NCBI GenBank assembly: GCA_016721435.1
Contig: JADKIC010000002.1
Location: forward strand, 193,212 to 257,211
Direction: 5' to 3'
DNA: 64,000 nt
DNA from: Bacteroidota bacterium
Lineage (GTDB): Bacteria; Bacteroidota; Bacteroidia; AKYH767-A; OLB10
The position numbers and the translations under genes are program-made. The notes under the pieces are model-generated. The model was not told the DNA's origin. It saw only the letters and a program-made list of their open reading frames with translations, and ran no database searches. How positions within the stretch are numbered: position 1 is the stretch's first letter; each line of letters starts with the position of its first letter. This document shows positions 1 through 9,338 of the stretch, piece by piece.

Positions 1-81
1 AAATTTTATGCATCATTGGATCTCCGAACCTGCAAGAGTTGTGGATCTGTGATGGAACCACCGGCCGCGGTGTCGTGATCG

Positions 82-190
82 TCGTTGTAGTGACAGGTCG
101 CGACCTGTCACACCTGTCACACCTGTTACCCCACCAATGTCCATATGTAGTGACAGGTCGCGACCTGTCACTACGACTACGACAAACGGA
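82..190. repeat. Two copies, 60 bp apart, of the perfect 20-bp palindrome TGACAGGTCGCGACCTGTCA with related flanks (ATGTAGTGACAGG...). Same element family as the tandem array at 8672-9105.
   Basis: Read directly: palindromes at 101-120 and 161-180. Flanks GTCGTTGTAGTGACAGG / CCTGTCACTACGACTACGAC form a longer imperfect inverted repeat. Confidence 0.6.
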
Positions 191-192
191 CA

Positions 193-1257
193 TTACAATT
201 TCAATTTTTCCATTTTTATATGTCTCCTGATCCATCTCGGTAAAATAATGGCGCCGATGAACAGATAGGGATAATAGCTGAGCATTCTCCAGAGGATACT
301 CAACGTCGGAGCAAGTCCTTTGGAAATAAATTCCCCCAGAAAATCGGTAAACATGTATTCAGCGAGACCACTGCCACCCGGTGTTGGACTCAATAAAATG
401 ATGATACCCATGATGACCTGTTTGCCGTACACCACAAAATCATGAACAGGCATATTGCCATGGAAGGCATGAATGATGCAGTTGACAATAGAATACCTGG
501 CCGTCCAGGATACAAAGGTGGATCCCAGTGACCACATCCAATAATTGAGATTTTTATCTTTTAGTCCATTGGAAGCGATTACCAGTTGATCTCCGGTTTC
601 TATTGCTCCTTCTTTCCATCGTCGTAACAAGGGCGCAGAAAACATGCTGATGAGTAATCGTTTTACAAAATGTGGATTTACAAACAAGGCGTATGCTACA
701 AAGAGTTTATAAGCGAGGATTAAAAAATATACCGTCCAGAAAGTATAAAAAATACTGTTCCCAAAACTTGTATTCATGTGAATGCCGGAGAATAAGGCTT
801 GCTTACTGGCAATAAAGTAAACCAATGGAGCCATAACGGCGAGGAATATACCATCAAGGAAGGAGGAGTAAAGTATGGCAGTTATGCTTCTCCCCATATG
901 AATGCCTTCGCGGTTCAAAATGAAGATAGCAAAGATGAATCCTCCACCCAACATGCCCGGTGCTAATGCAGAACTGAATTCCCACAACATGATAACGATA
1001 AATGCCCTGCTCCAATTGAGTTTATTATCGGTCAATACCCGTATCCGAACCATATACGCCCAGTCCCGAATTACAACAGAGACGATAGCCAGGAAGAACC
1101 AAAAAGTGGAATTCCTTGTCCAATTTACGGCTCGAAAGGCTGCGATATCAAAATCTTTCAGGAAGAGCCAAACCGTTACGCCTAAACCTATCAATACCGG
1201 CCATATAATTCGCTTCGGTGAAAAGTGCTTAAGTAGTTCCCTTGGATCAGTTTGCAT
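193..1257 (-). CDS. Polytopic membrane protein of the lysylphosphatidylglycerol-synthase TM-region / flippase-like (UPF0104) family
   Basis: 354-aa ORF with many hydrophobic segments. It carries the conserved PGGxGxxE-type motif (LSPTPGGSGLAEYMF) typical of LPG_synthase_TM family proteins. Confidence 0.5.
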   Translation of the reverse strand: MQTDPRELLKHFSPKRIIWPVLIGLGVTVWLFLKDFDIAAFRAVNWTRNSTFWFFLAIVSVVIRDWAYMVRIRVLTDNKLNWSRAFIVIMLWEFSSALAPGMLGGGFIFAIFILNREGIHMGRSITAILYSSFLDGIFLAVMAPLVYFIASKQALFSGIHMNTSFGNSIFYTFWTVYFLILAYKLFVAYALFVNPHFVKRLLISMFSAPLLRRWKEGAIETGDQLVIASNGLKDKNLNYWMWSLGSTFVSWTARYSIVNCIIHAFHGNMPVHDFVVYGKQVIMGIIILLSPTPGGSGLAEYMFTDFLGEFISKGLAPTLSILWRMLSYYPYLFIGAIILPRWIRRHIKMEKLKL

Positions 1258-2035
1258 CCTCTTCCGGTGGGGCTTGAGTTTCAGGTGCTGCTTCCGGAGT
1301 ACAGATCACGAAATTATTGAATCCATCTCCCATAAATATAAGTAACACACGATTTTGTAACAATTCCAGCAAGGCAAGAAAAGTAAAAACAGCATGAAGC
1401 TTCGTGCCACATTCTTCAAAGATATCGGTGAAATTAGACTGCGGTTTTTTTACCAGCATACCGCGTATATATTCTTTTTGTGAATCTATTGAAAACGGCA
1501 ACTGAACAATAGTATGCATTACTTTATTCTGATTCACTTCAAAGCGCGACATCACCTTTTCAAAAGTGGCTATGAGGCGATAAAGTGTCAGTTGGTTCAA
1601 TTCCCCTGCATATCCGGCATCACTCGTATTTATCATTTTAGAGAGTTCCTGTTGCAAATTTCCTCTCTGGAAACGCATCAGTCGTTCATCTTCCATAGCC
1701 CGGAGATCTTCCGCAGCAGCTTTGAATTGTTTGTAATCGAGTAATTGGCGGACCAGATCCTGACGGGGATCTATCTCATTTCCTTCTTCGTCCTTCTCAT
1801 AACGTGGTAGCAATAATCTCGCTTTGATGCGCATGAGTGTTGCAGCTACCAAAATAAATTCACTGGCCAGTTCAATATTCATGGACTGCATCTGATGCAT
1901 GTAATCGAAAAACTCATTGGTGATAATTGCAATCGGAATATCATGGATATCCAACTCATCCCTTTCAATAAAGAAGAGCAGCAGGTCAAAAGGACCTTCA
2001 AATTGGGGCAAACGTATCTCGAAACTTTCGCTCAC
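1247..2035 (-). CDS. scpA: Segregation and condensation protein A (ScpA kleisin)
   Basis: 262-aa ORF. The N-terminal LPQFEGPFDLLLFFIERDELDIHDIPIAIITNEF motif is characteristic of ScpA. Confidence 0.85.
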   Translation of the reverse strand: MSESFEIRLPQFEGPFDLLLFFIERDELDIHDIPIAIITNEFFDYMHQMQSMNIELASEFILVAATLMRIKARLLLPRYEKDEEGNEIDPRQDLVRQLLDYKQFKAAAEDLRAMEDERLMRFQRGNLQQELSKMINTSDAGYAGELNQLTLYRLIATFEKVMSRFEVNQNKVMHTIVQLPFSIDSQKEYIRGMLVKKPQSNFTDIFEECGTKLHAVFTFLALLELLQNRVLLIFMGDGFNNFVICTPEAAPETQAPPEEDAN

Positions 2036-2186
2036 AGGGTAGGGATGTCTTACGGAATCAAATTTCCATCTTTTTCATCAGCAAAACAAAAGAAGATGAT
2101 CAAATTCCTGAAGTTGTATTAAAATAGAGTAGAAGGTGGTTGAAAAAAAGAAAATATAGCCGGGCCGGACCGGAATAAAAAAAGGC

Positions 2187-2223
2187 TGTCCCGTATAGAG
2201 ACAGCCTTTTTTTAATTAATTAA
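2187..2223. terminator. Bidirectional intrinsic terminator (A7 - GGCTGTC...GACAGCC hairpin - T7) downstream of the OMP gene
   Basis: aaaaaaaGGCTGTCccgtatagaGACAGCCttttttt read directly at 2187-2223. Confidence 0.6.
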
Positions 2224-2227
2224 ATTC

Positions 2228-2965
2228 TTAGAAGTAGAAGTTCAGGATAATAGAACCGCCTGCATTGTCAGTGTCGATGCTGAAGTTGCTTGATTTACCT
2301 GTTTTAGCAGAATCACTTCCACCTGTTCCGTCAGCGATTGTTTGTTCGCCTTCGCCTTGTGAACCAAGACCAATTCCCCAGCCAAATTCACCGGCAACTG
2401 ACATCTTTGGAGCGAAGAAATATTCAGCACCGATGAAACCACGGATACCGAATTCGAAAGTACCGCCTTTTTTGTCTTCGAGTGTAGATCCTTGAGGAGC
2501 ATCACCTTCGTAAGTCATAGTAGTTTTATCACTTCCGATGCCGAATCCAACTTCACCTCCATAAAAACCACGTAAGCGGCCTTTACCACGATACTTCTGG
2601 ATACCACCCATCAGGTTGATGTCCATTGCAGAGGTTTTAGTTTCAGAAAGTTCACCTTCCTGTGGATCTGCTTCTGTAGTTTTTCCAGAGTTAAATCCGA
2701 TACGAAGACCAATACGGTAAGCCGTATTTTCGTCCTTCATCATTTTACCATGGATTACATTCTGTGAACCGGGCCAGTCAAATGAAGGAGCACTGTTGCT
2801 GCCGTTCATCAGGTTTCCGAAATACTCTAAAGTAGAGTTTGCGCCAATACCGATGCTCCAGTCTCCAGCTTCCGGAAGGATTGGAGTTCCTTTTTTTGAA
2901 GTCATGTCTTGTGCTGAAGCTGCAGCACCGATAAACATTGCTAAGATGAGTAAGCTCTTTTTCAT
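2228..2965 (-). CDS. Outer-membrane beta-barrel protein (small porin-like) with signal peptide
   Basis: Signal peptide MKKSLLILAMFIGAAASAQD. Gly/aromatic-rich alternating beta-strand pattern. C-terminal ...ILNFYF (terminal Phe) is typical of OM beta-barrels. Start placed at the in-frame Met (2965) that begins the signal peptide rather than the ORF-track start at 3013. Confidence 0.6.
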   Translation of the reverse strand: MKKSLLILAMFIGAAASAQDMTSKKGTPILPEAGDWSIGIGANSTLEYFGNLMNGSNSAPSFDWPGSQNVIHGKMMKDENTAYRIGLRIGFNSGKTTEADPQEGELSETKTSAMDINLMGGIQKYRGKGRLRGFYGGEVGFGIGSDKTTMTYEGDAPQGSTLEDKKGGTFEFGIRGFIGAEYFFAPKMSVAGEFGWGIGLGSQGEGEQTIADGTGGSDSAKTGKSSNFSIDTDNAGGSIILNFYF

Positions 2966-3352
2966 TGCTTTTTTTATTAAGGTTGGGTGCAAATTTATTG
3001 TCAATTCCGGCACTATTCCAAAAAATCTGAATTTTAATAAACAATTGCTTGTTTATAAGCAGGTTGCAATTGATTTTTTATTGCGTTTTAACATATTTTC
3101 GCCCTGATTTTGATCATTTTTCACCCAATAAAAGAGCAATAATCGCGTTTTCGGGGTCACATGCCGCTATTTATGATGAATTTTAAATGCATGGAAAATG
3201 CTTGTAGACGAAATAACAGATTTCAGTTTTTTTTCATTTTTCAGCGATTTCAATTCAAAAAGTACAAATTTTGGATGAAAAGTAATCCAAAAGCAGAATA
3301 AAGATTTAATTATAAGTATTACCAAAAGGAAGCGAATAAGATTTTATACCTG

Positions 3353-4129
3353 CTATTCCTCCGTCGCTACCAGATTATTCAATTTTTCTATTTCTTGACG
3401 GAGCACTCGACCAATCTCAGGAAATAATCGTTCTCCAATTTCACGATCACTGCTTGAGTTTGATGGAAAACTAATTGCGATATAGTTTCCTTTGAGTTGT
3501 TTTCCGCTTGTGTTGAATATGGAATAATGTATAATAAGATCCCGCTCATATATTTTGTTTGAAATGTCTATGCAGGTTTTATAATTAGTACGAATTTCAA
3601 ATTGATTGATACTTACGATGAGATGGCTTTGTGAATTAGAGCAAATAGAGTTGAGAAGAGCAGTATCCTTAATTTCAGCCTGCATAAACTTTTGTTCACC
3701 ATCACCGATGATTACTTTTTCTGACGTATGCTGGTCGGGAGTCTCTTCTAAAGATTTACTGATTTTGGAAAATATGTTTTCTTTTTTAGATTTCGTGCCC
3801 ACCGGTTCACTGTAAGAATAACCTGCTTTTTCATAAAATCTTTCAAGCAGCAGTTTACCATGATGAGTGGTATCCTGTAACATGCTATGGCAAACACCCA
3901 ATTCTTCCAGTTCAGCCTGGATTTTTAAGTCCAGTGTTTTTCGAAAGTAGTACCGATATTCATCGGGAGAACGATGGGTTTGTGCCATGATATCTCTTTC
4001 AGCATCGCTGAGATAAAATTCAGGAAGGAAGGGGATAAGTACAATGGAGCTATTCTTTTCCGTTCCTTGTGCAGGAAGAGTAGTTGATAACAATAAAAGC
4101 AGAAAGCTAAATAGGGCGATGCGCATCAT
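3353..4129 (-). CDS. Hypothetical secreted protein (signal peptide)
   Basis: 258-aa ORF with N-terminal signal sequence MMRIALFSFLLLLLSTTLPAQG. No recognisable domain. Confidence 0.4.
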   Translation of the reverse strand: MMRIALFSFLLLLLSTTLPAQGTEKNSSIVLIPFLPEFYLSDAERDIMAQTHRSPDEYRYYFRKTLDLKIQAELEELGVCHSMLQDTTHHGKLLLERFYEKAGYSYSEPVGTKSKKENIFSKISKSLEETPDQHTSEKVIIGDGEQKFMQAEIKDTALLNSICSNSQSHLIVSINQFEIRTNYKTCIDISNKIYERDLIIHYSIFNTSGKQLKGNYIAISFPSNSSSDREIGERLFPEIGRVLRQEIEKLNNLVATEE

Positions 4130-4231
4130 CCTTCAAAAGTAGAAGGTTATACCCCAAATGAAATGTTTGAAAGAAGGAGATATAAACAATTCGGTTTTAA
4201 AAACCTTTGCTTGTAATTCGTCTATACATCT

Positions 4232-5569
4232 TTAATTTAAAATATGCTTCCACACATCATTACCTACAGCGAAAATAAGTAAAGAGAGAAGAATGACCAT
4301 TCCAACTACTTGTGCTCTTTCCATTACTTTGTCGCTGAGCTTTACACGGAATACGCTTTCTATGATGAGGAATACCACGTGTCCGCCATCCAGTGCAGGT
4401 ATCGGGAGCATATTCATAAATGCAAGTACCATTGACAATAGTCCGGTGATGGCCCAGAATCTTGCCCAATCCCAAACTCCGCCATAAATAGTAGCAATGC
4501 CGATCGGTCCCTGAACAGAGTCGGTAGCCTTTTCCTCTCCGGTAAATATTTTTCCTAATCCTTTCGCATTCGATACTAAGGCTTCTATTGCATCACTTGT
4601 ACCAAAAGCCAATGCACTTCCAAAAGTATAAGGCTGCATCGTATAGCCTGAATTTTTTACAGGAGATGCATCGTAGGCAATTCCAATAGTACCTTTATCG
4701 GTAACAGTACTGGTGACCGTGATATTTTGATTGTTTCTAAAAAGCGTCAGAATTACCTCTTTGTTTTTTAATTTACTGACCTTGCTGACCAGATCATCAC
4801 TACCCGCTATTTTTTCTCCGTTTATAGCAACAATTTTATCTCCCGCCAGTATTCCTGCTTTTTCTGCAGGCTCTCCGGGCATTACTTTACCGATCTCAAA
4901 CTGTAAAGGTCCATAACCAATAAAATTCCATCGGCCTGCAGCACTTACTTTTCTGTAAAAATTATCGGGCACTTCCACTTCAAGAGTTTGATTGTTTCTG
5001 GAGACAGAAAGAGAAGCACCAAAGAGCACGCGTGAGGAAAGCACATCTTCAAAGCGCTCAATTGGTTTTCCATCAATCGCCAGAATTTTATCTCCATCCT
5101 GTAAGCCGATTTCCTTACCTAAGGTGTACGCATAAATACCATTTCCCTGAATGAGTTGATCATTGGGAAGATATTCTTTTTTGTAATGGAGTAATGTAAA
5201 ACTGAAAATGATAATTCCCAATATAGCATTCATGGTCACACCGGCTACCATAACAATTAATCGTTGCCATGCCGGCTTCGATCTGAATTCCCAGGGCTGT
5301 GGTGGTGATGCTAACTGATCGGTATCCATACTTTCATCCACCATTCCGGCAATCTTCACATAACCTCCAAATGGAAGCCATCCGATACCATATTCGGTGT
5401 CGCCCTTCTTATAGCTAAAGAGTTTAAATCCCCATGCATCGAAGAAGAGATAAAACTTTTCAACTTTAATACCAAAAGCGCGGGCAGCCAGAAAGTGTCC
5501 GAGTTCGTGGAGCGTAACGAGTATTGAGAGTCCCAGGATGAGCTGGGCAGCCATAATTAAACCTTGCAT
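4232..5569 (-). CDS. rseP: RIP zinc metalloprotease RseP (site-2 protease, M50 family, PDZ domains)
   Basis: HELGHFLAARAFGIKVEKF (HExxH in TM1). Internal PDZ-like segments. C-terminal LDGG motif region. Confidence 0.9.
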   Translation of the reverse strand: MQGLIMAAQLILGLSILVTLHELGHFLAARAFGIKVEKFYLFFDAWGFKLFSYKKGDTEYGIGWLPFGGYVKIAGMVDESMDTDQLASPPQPWEFRSKPAWQRLIVMVAGVTMNAILGIIIFSFTLLHYKKEYLPNDQLIQGNGIYAYTLGKEIGLQDGDKILAIDGKPIERFEDVLSSRVLFGASLSVSRNNQTLEVEVPDNFYRKVSAAGRWNFIGYGPLQFEIGKVMPGEPAEKAGILAGDKIVAINGEKIAGSDDLVSKVSKLKNKEVILTLFRNNQNITVTSTVTDKGTIGIAYDASPVKNSGYTMQPYTFGSALAFGTSDAIEALVSNAKGLGKIFTGEEKATDSVQGPIGIATIYGGVWDWARFWAITGLLSMVLAFMNMLPIPALDGGHVVFLIIESVFRVKLSDKVMERAQVVGMVILLSLLIFAVGNDVWKHILN

Positions 5570-5606
5570 TTAGAGATTTTTGTGAGGGATGCTATAGATA
5601 AGGAGG

Positions 5607-5655
5607 ATACGAATTACGAATGGGCACGAAAATACGAATTACGAAAATACGAAAT
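5607..5655. repeat. Short tandem array of ATACGAA(TT/AA)ACGAA units. This is the reverse-complement of the TTCGTA repeats at 53038-53230.
   Basis: atacgaattacgaatgggcacgaaaatacgaattacgaaaatacgaaata read directly. Confidence 0.55.
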
Positions 5656-5814
5656 ATGACTTAACCGGCTTACCAGCGCTTTGTGATGAATGTGCGAACG
5701 TTTTGTTTGATAAGATGATTTTATGAGTCAGTTGGAGAATTTAATGTTGATGGTATGATCAGTGAATGAGTTTACTGGTTATTGCTTGAACGAAAATAAA
5801 TTTATGTTGTTGCA

Positions 5815-6980
5815 TTAGATTTTTATGGCGGCTTTGCGGATGAGTTCGGCGGAAATGCTACGGGCTTCTGCATCTCCTGATCGGTAATCGTCGAGAGAAG
5901 GTGATTTAATGAAGGAGACACGCTGCATCGTTTCTTCAATTATTTCCGCCATTTGCAAAAATCCGACTTCATCCCTTAGAAATGCAGCAACCGCTACTTC
6001 ATTGGCAGCGTTCATGATGCAGGGGAGATTACCTCCTTTCTCCATGGCCATTCTCGCTAATCCCAAACATCGGAAGGTCTCTTCGTCGGCAGCTTCAAAG
6101 CTGAGTTGCGGAAAATTCATGAAATCAAACCGGGGAAAATCGGAGGGAAGTCGATGTGGATAACCCATTGCATACTGAATGGGGAGTTTCATGTCGGGTA
6201 AACCCATCTGTGCCTTCATGCTACCATCGCGAAATTGTACAATACTATGAATGATGGATTGTGGGTGAACGATCACTTCTATCTCGGACGGTTGCAAATC
6301 AAATAGCCATTTCGCTTCGATCATTTCCAGACCCTTGTTCATGAGCGTGGAGGAGTCGATGGTTATTTTAGCGCCCATGGTCCAGTTGGGATGCTTCAAC
6401 GCTTCTGATTTGGTGATTTTTTCCAATTCCCCTCTTTTTTTCCGCGGAAGGGCCCTCCGGAGGCCGTCAGGATTATCTTTTCAATGGGATTATGCATCTC
6501 CCCTGCCAAACATTGAAAAATCGCAGAGTGCTCAGAATCAACAGGATAAATGCTAACTTTGTTTTCCATTGCCAACTTTGTCACCAGGTCACCCGCTACA
6601 ACGAGGGTTTCTTTATTGGCGAGGGCGATGTTCTTTTTGTTGCGGATGGCTTCAAGGGTGGGCTCAAGTCCGGCGAAACCGACCATTGCTGTTAAGACCA
6701 GGTCGATACTATCCATGCTCATGAGTTGAACAATCGACTCTTGTCCCCCATATACTTTCACATCTTCACCGGCTAATGCATCTTTTAACATTTCCAGCTT
6801 CGCTGTATCGCAAATCGCAATAGCATTTGGTTTAAAAATCCTGGCTTGTTGTATAAGTAAATCCGCATTGCTATACGCCGTTAAAACTTCAACGTGAAAA
6901 TGCTCCGGATTCGCCTGAATAACTTCAAGAGCTTGTGTTCCGATGGATCCTGTGGAGCCGAGAATTGCGATGCGTTTCAT
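5815..6980 (-). CDS. dxr: 1-deoxy-D-xylulose 5-phosphate reductoisomerase, split into two ORFs by an apparent single-base deletion in an A7 run near 6444-6450
   Basis: N-terminal ORF 6396-6980 (MKRIAILGSTGSIGTQALEV...GGPFRGK). C-terminal ORF 5815-6426 ([31 protein letters not shown]). Restoring one A (A7 to A8) gives continuous [26 protein letters not shown]. Confidence 0.85.
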
Positions 6981-7098
6981 TGAGATAAATTACCGGACGA
7001 AGGTAAGAAAGGTTTTGCTGATCAACATGTTGTTTTAATGTGCCGGCATTTATGGTGTTAAGATATAATACTCTTTAATTTTGTTACGTTATTCATCC

Positions 7099-8142
7099 AT
7101 GGCTGTCCGAAACTATTATACCGTGCTTGGAATTTCCTCTCAGGCGAATGCAGCGGAAATTAAGAAAGCCTATCATCGTTTGGCTTTAAAATTTCATCCC
7201 GATAAAAATCCCGGTGACGCCGAAGCTCCTGAGCGTTTTAAAGAGGTACTCGAAGCCTATCAGGTTTTGATTGATCCCGGAAAGAGGTCGGCGTATGATT
7301 TACGTAGTTCCGGATTTTCCTTTTCCGAATCACTCATTCATTATGAATATTTAAAGGCTGAGGTTGATACAAGTAAGGTGAAGTTGAATGAAGAAGTAGA
7401 GTTAACGTTTTCGTTTCCCGGAGAAGGGCGTTTTTTCAGGAAGCCGGTCTTGCAGGGTTGGATAATCACTGCCGGACCTACCGTCGATCACCGTGTTGTG
7501 CATAGAGATGGAAATGCCGTTAAAGAAACGGTTTTGCACTATACCGTTTGTCCGCTGCAAAAAGGCTGGCTTACCATTCCACCGGCAAGTATCAATTTCT
7601 ATCATCATCCGATTGCTTCCAATGCCTTGCAAATTGAAGTGGAATCGAATCAATGTTTTTTTAAAGAAAACGAAGAAGCAGGCCCTGAACCTTGTCAGAT
7701 AATGATGCACCGCACACAGGTAACTAGCACAAGTGTGTACCGCAAGACCATCATACATCAGCGCGTTGTTCTTTTACCGCGCAGCGAGCTTGCGGCTTGG
7801 TATCATAAAGTAGGAAGGACAATGAAAATTGCATTTGCTGTAATAGGCGCTTTCTGGGCGATATTCAATGATTATAATTTCATCACTGGTATTGTTGCAG
7901 GTTCATTGGTTGCCGGAGTGAATGTGCAATTGATGTACCGGATGATGGGTATTAAATCTATTTTCTATTACGCGCATCATCATCCAGTAGTTCTGGAGTA
8001 TGAAGGAATCGGTTATAAACTGGGAGCAGAACCTTATAACGGCATTTTTAGCGCAAAGACCTGGGTATATATAAAATCAATTTTAAGTAAGAACGTAGTA
8101 GCACAGATGAATAAGTGTGAATCGAAAATCGTAAGAAATTAA
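7099..8142 (+). CDS. J-domain (DnaJ-like) protein with C-terminal membrane segments
   Basis: [36 protein letters not shown]-domain with HPD motif. Hydrophobic segments near the C-terminus. TAATTTTG -7 box at 7077-7084 supports the 7099 start. Confidence 0.8.
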   Translation: MAVRNYYTVLGISSQANAAEIKKAYHRLALKFHPDKNPGDAEAPERFKEVLEAYQVLIDPGKRSAYDLRSSGFSFSESLIHYEYLKAEVDTSKVKLNEEVELTFSFPGEGRFFRKPVLQGWIITAGPTVDHRVVHRDGNAVKETVLHYTVCPLQKGWLTIPPASINFYHHPIASNALQIEVESNQCFFKENEEAGPEPCQIMMHRTQVTSTSVYRKTIIHQRVVLLPRSELAAWYHKVGRTMKIAFAVIGAFWAIFNDYNFITGIVAGSLVAGVNVQLMYRMMGIKSIFYYAHHHPVVLEYEGIGYKLGAEPYNGIFSAKTWVYIKSILSKNVVAQMNKCESKIVRN

Positions 8143-8201
8143 TATGCAAAAAAAATCATATGTATATTTAGAATCTTAGTGTAGACCAACGCCCATCACC
8201 A

Positions 8202-8627
8202 TCAGTTTATATTGGAGATGTTTCCTGTTTTCGATGCCCCACCGTCGGGAACGATTGATGTCGTGTTTCCAAAATTCTTATAAGCTTCAGCGACCTCAAA
8301 AACTGTGAAAGAGAAATAAAAAAAGAAAAAGCTTAATGCAAACGGTATCACCATCGGTTTATTAATAAATGCAAAAACGATAATGATGGTGAGATAAATA
8401 AATAATTTTAATCCCGTGGATCCCATATAATAGCGAATAAATTTTTTACTATCACCTAATCTCTTTACCAATCCCCAATGCAATATTGCCGTCACGATGG
8501 CAATGAAACAAGGCAACCAAACAAACCCGGGATAATACCATTTGGCAGGAATATAATTTCCCATGAAATAGTATATGCCAGACGTTAGAGCAGTCAGAAG
8601 TATTAATTTAAGCAAGAAGTTCTTCAT
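8202..8627 (-). CDS. Small polytopic membrane protein (141 aa), function unknown
   Basis: Start MKNFLLKLILL at 8627 (cat at 8625-8627). Four hydrophobic segments. The ORF-track extension beyond 8627 is translation of the repeat array. Confidence 0.5.
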   Translation of the reverse strand: MKNFLLKLILLTALTSGIYYFMGNYIPAKWYYPGFVWLPCFIAIVTAILHWGLVKRLGDSKKFIRYYMGSTGLKLFIYLTIIIVFAFINKPMVIPFALSFFFFYFSFTVFEVAEAYKNFGNTTSIVPDGGASKTGNISNIN

Positions 8628-8671
8628 AAGAATACGAAACCTGCCTGCCGGCAGGCAGGTGCGAAAGTACA

Positions 8672-9105
8672 AAAGTAGGGACAGGTCGCGACCTGTCCTG
8701 GGAAAACAATCCACGTATGTAGGGACAAGTCGCGACCTGTCCCGGGAAAACAATCCACGTATGTAGGGACAGGTCGCGACCTGTCCCGGGAAAACAATCC
8801 ACGCATGTAATGACAGGTCGCGACCTGTCCTGGGAAAACAATCCACGTATGTAGGGACAGGTCGCGACCTGTCCCGGGAAAACAATCCACGTATATAGGG
8901 ACAGGTCGCGACCTGTCCTGGGAAAACAATCCACGTATGTAGGGACAGGTCGCGACCTGTCCCGGGAAAACAATCCACGCATGTAATGACAGGTCGCGAC
9001 CTGTCCCGGGAAAACAATCCACGTATGTAGGGACAGGTCCGACCCCGGAACCGTGAACGCATGTAATGACAGGTCGCGACCTGTCATTACATGCGTTCAC
9101 GGGGA
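8672..9105. repeat. Tandem array of about 9 copies of a 44-bp unit. Each unit has the perfect 22-bp palindrome GGGACAGGTCGCGACCTGTCCC (or the ATGACAGG...CCTGTCAT variant) and a constant 22-bp linker GGAAAACAATCCACGTATGTA. The array ends in a perfect 52-bp palindrome at 9051-9102.
   Basis: Unit starts read at 8678, 8722, 8766, 8810, 8854, 8898, 8942, 8986 and 9030, an exact 44-bp period. The last internal unit is degenerate. The terminal hairpin is CCGTGAACGCATGTAATGACAGGTCGCGACCTGTCATTACATGCGTTCACGG. Confidence 0.9.
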
Positions 9106-9107
9106 CA

Positions 9108-9338
9108 TTACATTTTTTTAGAAATCTGTTTTATGAAATAATACATCACACCCGCCACAGAAAAGAGTGCGAGGAAAAGGGTAAAGGCCGGAAATTTTAA
9201 TTGAAGGTATTCGTCGAGTTTTACGCCCGCCCAGGTCATCAGAAAGATGGTGGCACCCATTTGGAGGCCCATCGATGAGTAGCGGATATAATTGTCAAGC
9301 CGTTTTTTCGGCGAGTTTTGGGGCTGATCGCTCGCCAT
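9108..9338 (-). CDS. Small two-TM membrane protein, AtpZ/AtpI-like (ATPase_gene1-type)
   Basis: 76 aa: polar N-terminus, then NYIRYSSMGLQMGATIFLMTWAGVKLDEYL and a second TM. This architecture is typical of the small AtpZ-like proteins of Bacteroidetes. Confidence 0.4.
   Translation of the reverse strand: MASDQPQNSPKKRLDNYIRYSSMGLQMGATIFLMTWAGVKLDEYLQLKFPAFTLFLALFSVAGVMYYFIKQISKKM

Noticed and set aside
39-230. 63-aa ORF at the window start
   Set aside because: Translation of the palindromic repeat copies (VVTGRDLS... repeated). No coding signal.
902-1345. Antisense or embedded ORFs inside confidently assigned genes (for example 902-1345, 1514-1744, 2242-2505, 7402-7758, 39025-39447, 60079-60273)
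   Set aside because: Fully contained within, and antisense to or out of frame with, strong homology-supported genes. No independent start context or motifs.
8608-9100. Three long minus-strand ORFs (8202-9062 beyond 8627, 8608-9087, 8624-9100) and the plus-strand ORF 8575-8766
   Set aside because: Their translations are periodic TGRDLSLH.../FPGQVATCPYIRGLFSRDRSRPV repeats, which is simply the 44-bp array read in three frames. The real gene ends at the Met at 8627.
8672-9105. Possible CRISPR array (regular 44-bp period with palindromic repeats)
   Set aside because: The 22-bp stretches between palindromes are essentially identical in every unit (GGAAAACAATCCACGTATGTA) rather than unique spacers. 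The palindrome (22 bp) is also shorter than typical CRISPR repeats. No cas genes are nearby. It is a tandem repeat, not CRISPR.
9051-9118. 52-bp palindrome plus T7 as an intrinsic terminator for the minus-strand AtpZ-like gene
   Set aside because: The T-run (9112-9118) is on the plus strand 3' of the hairpin, so it would terminate plus-strand transcription, but no plus-strand gene ends here. On the minus strand the hairpin is not followed by a U-run. Kept as part of the repeat element rather than annotated as a terminator.
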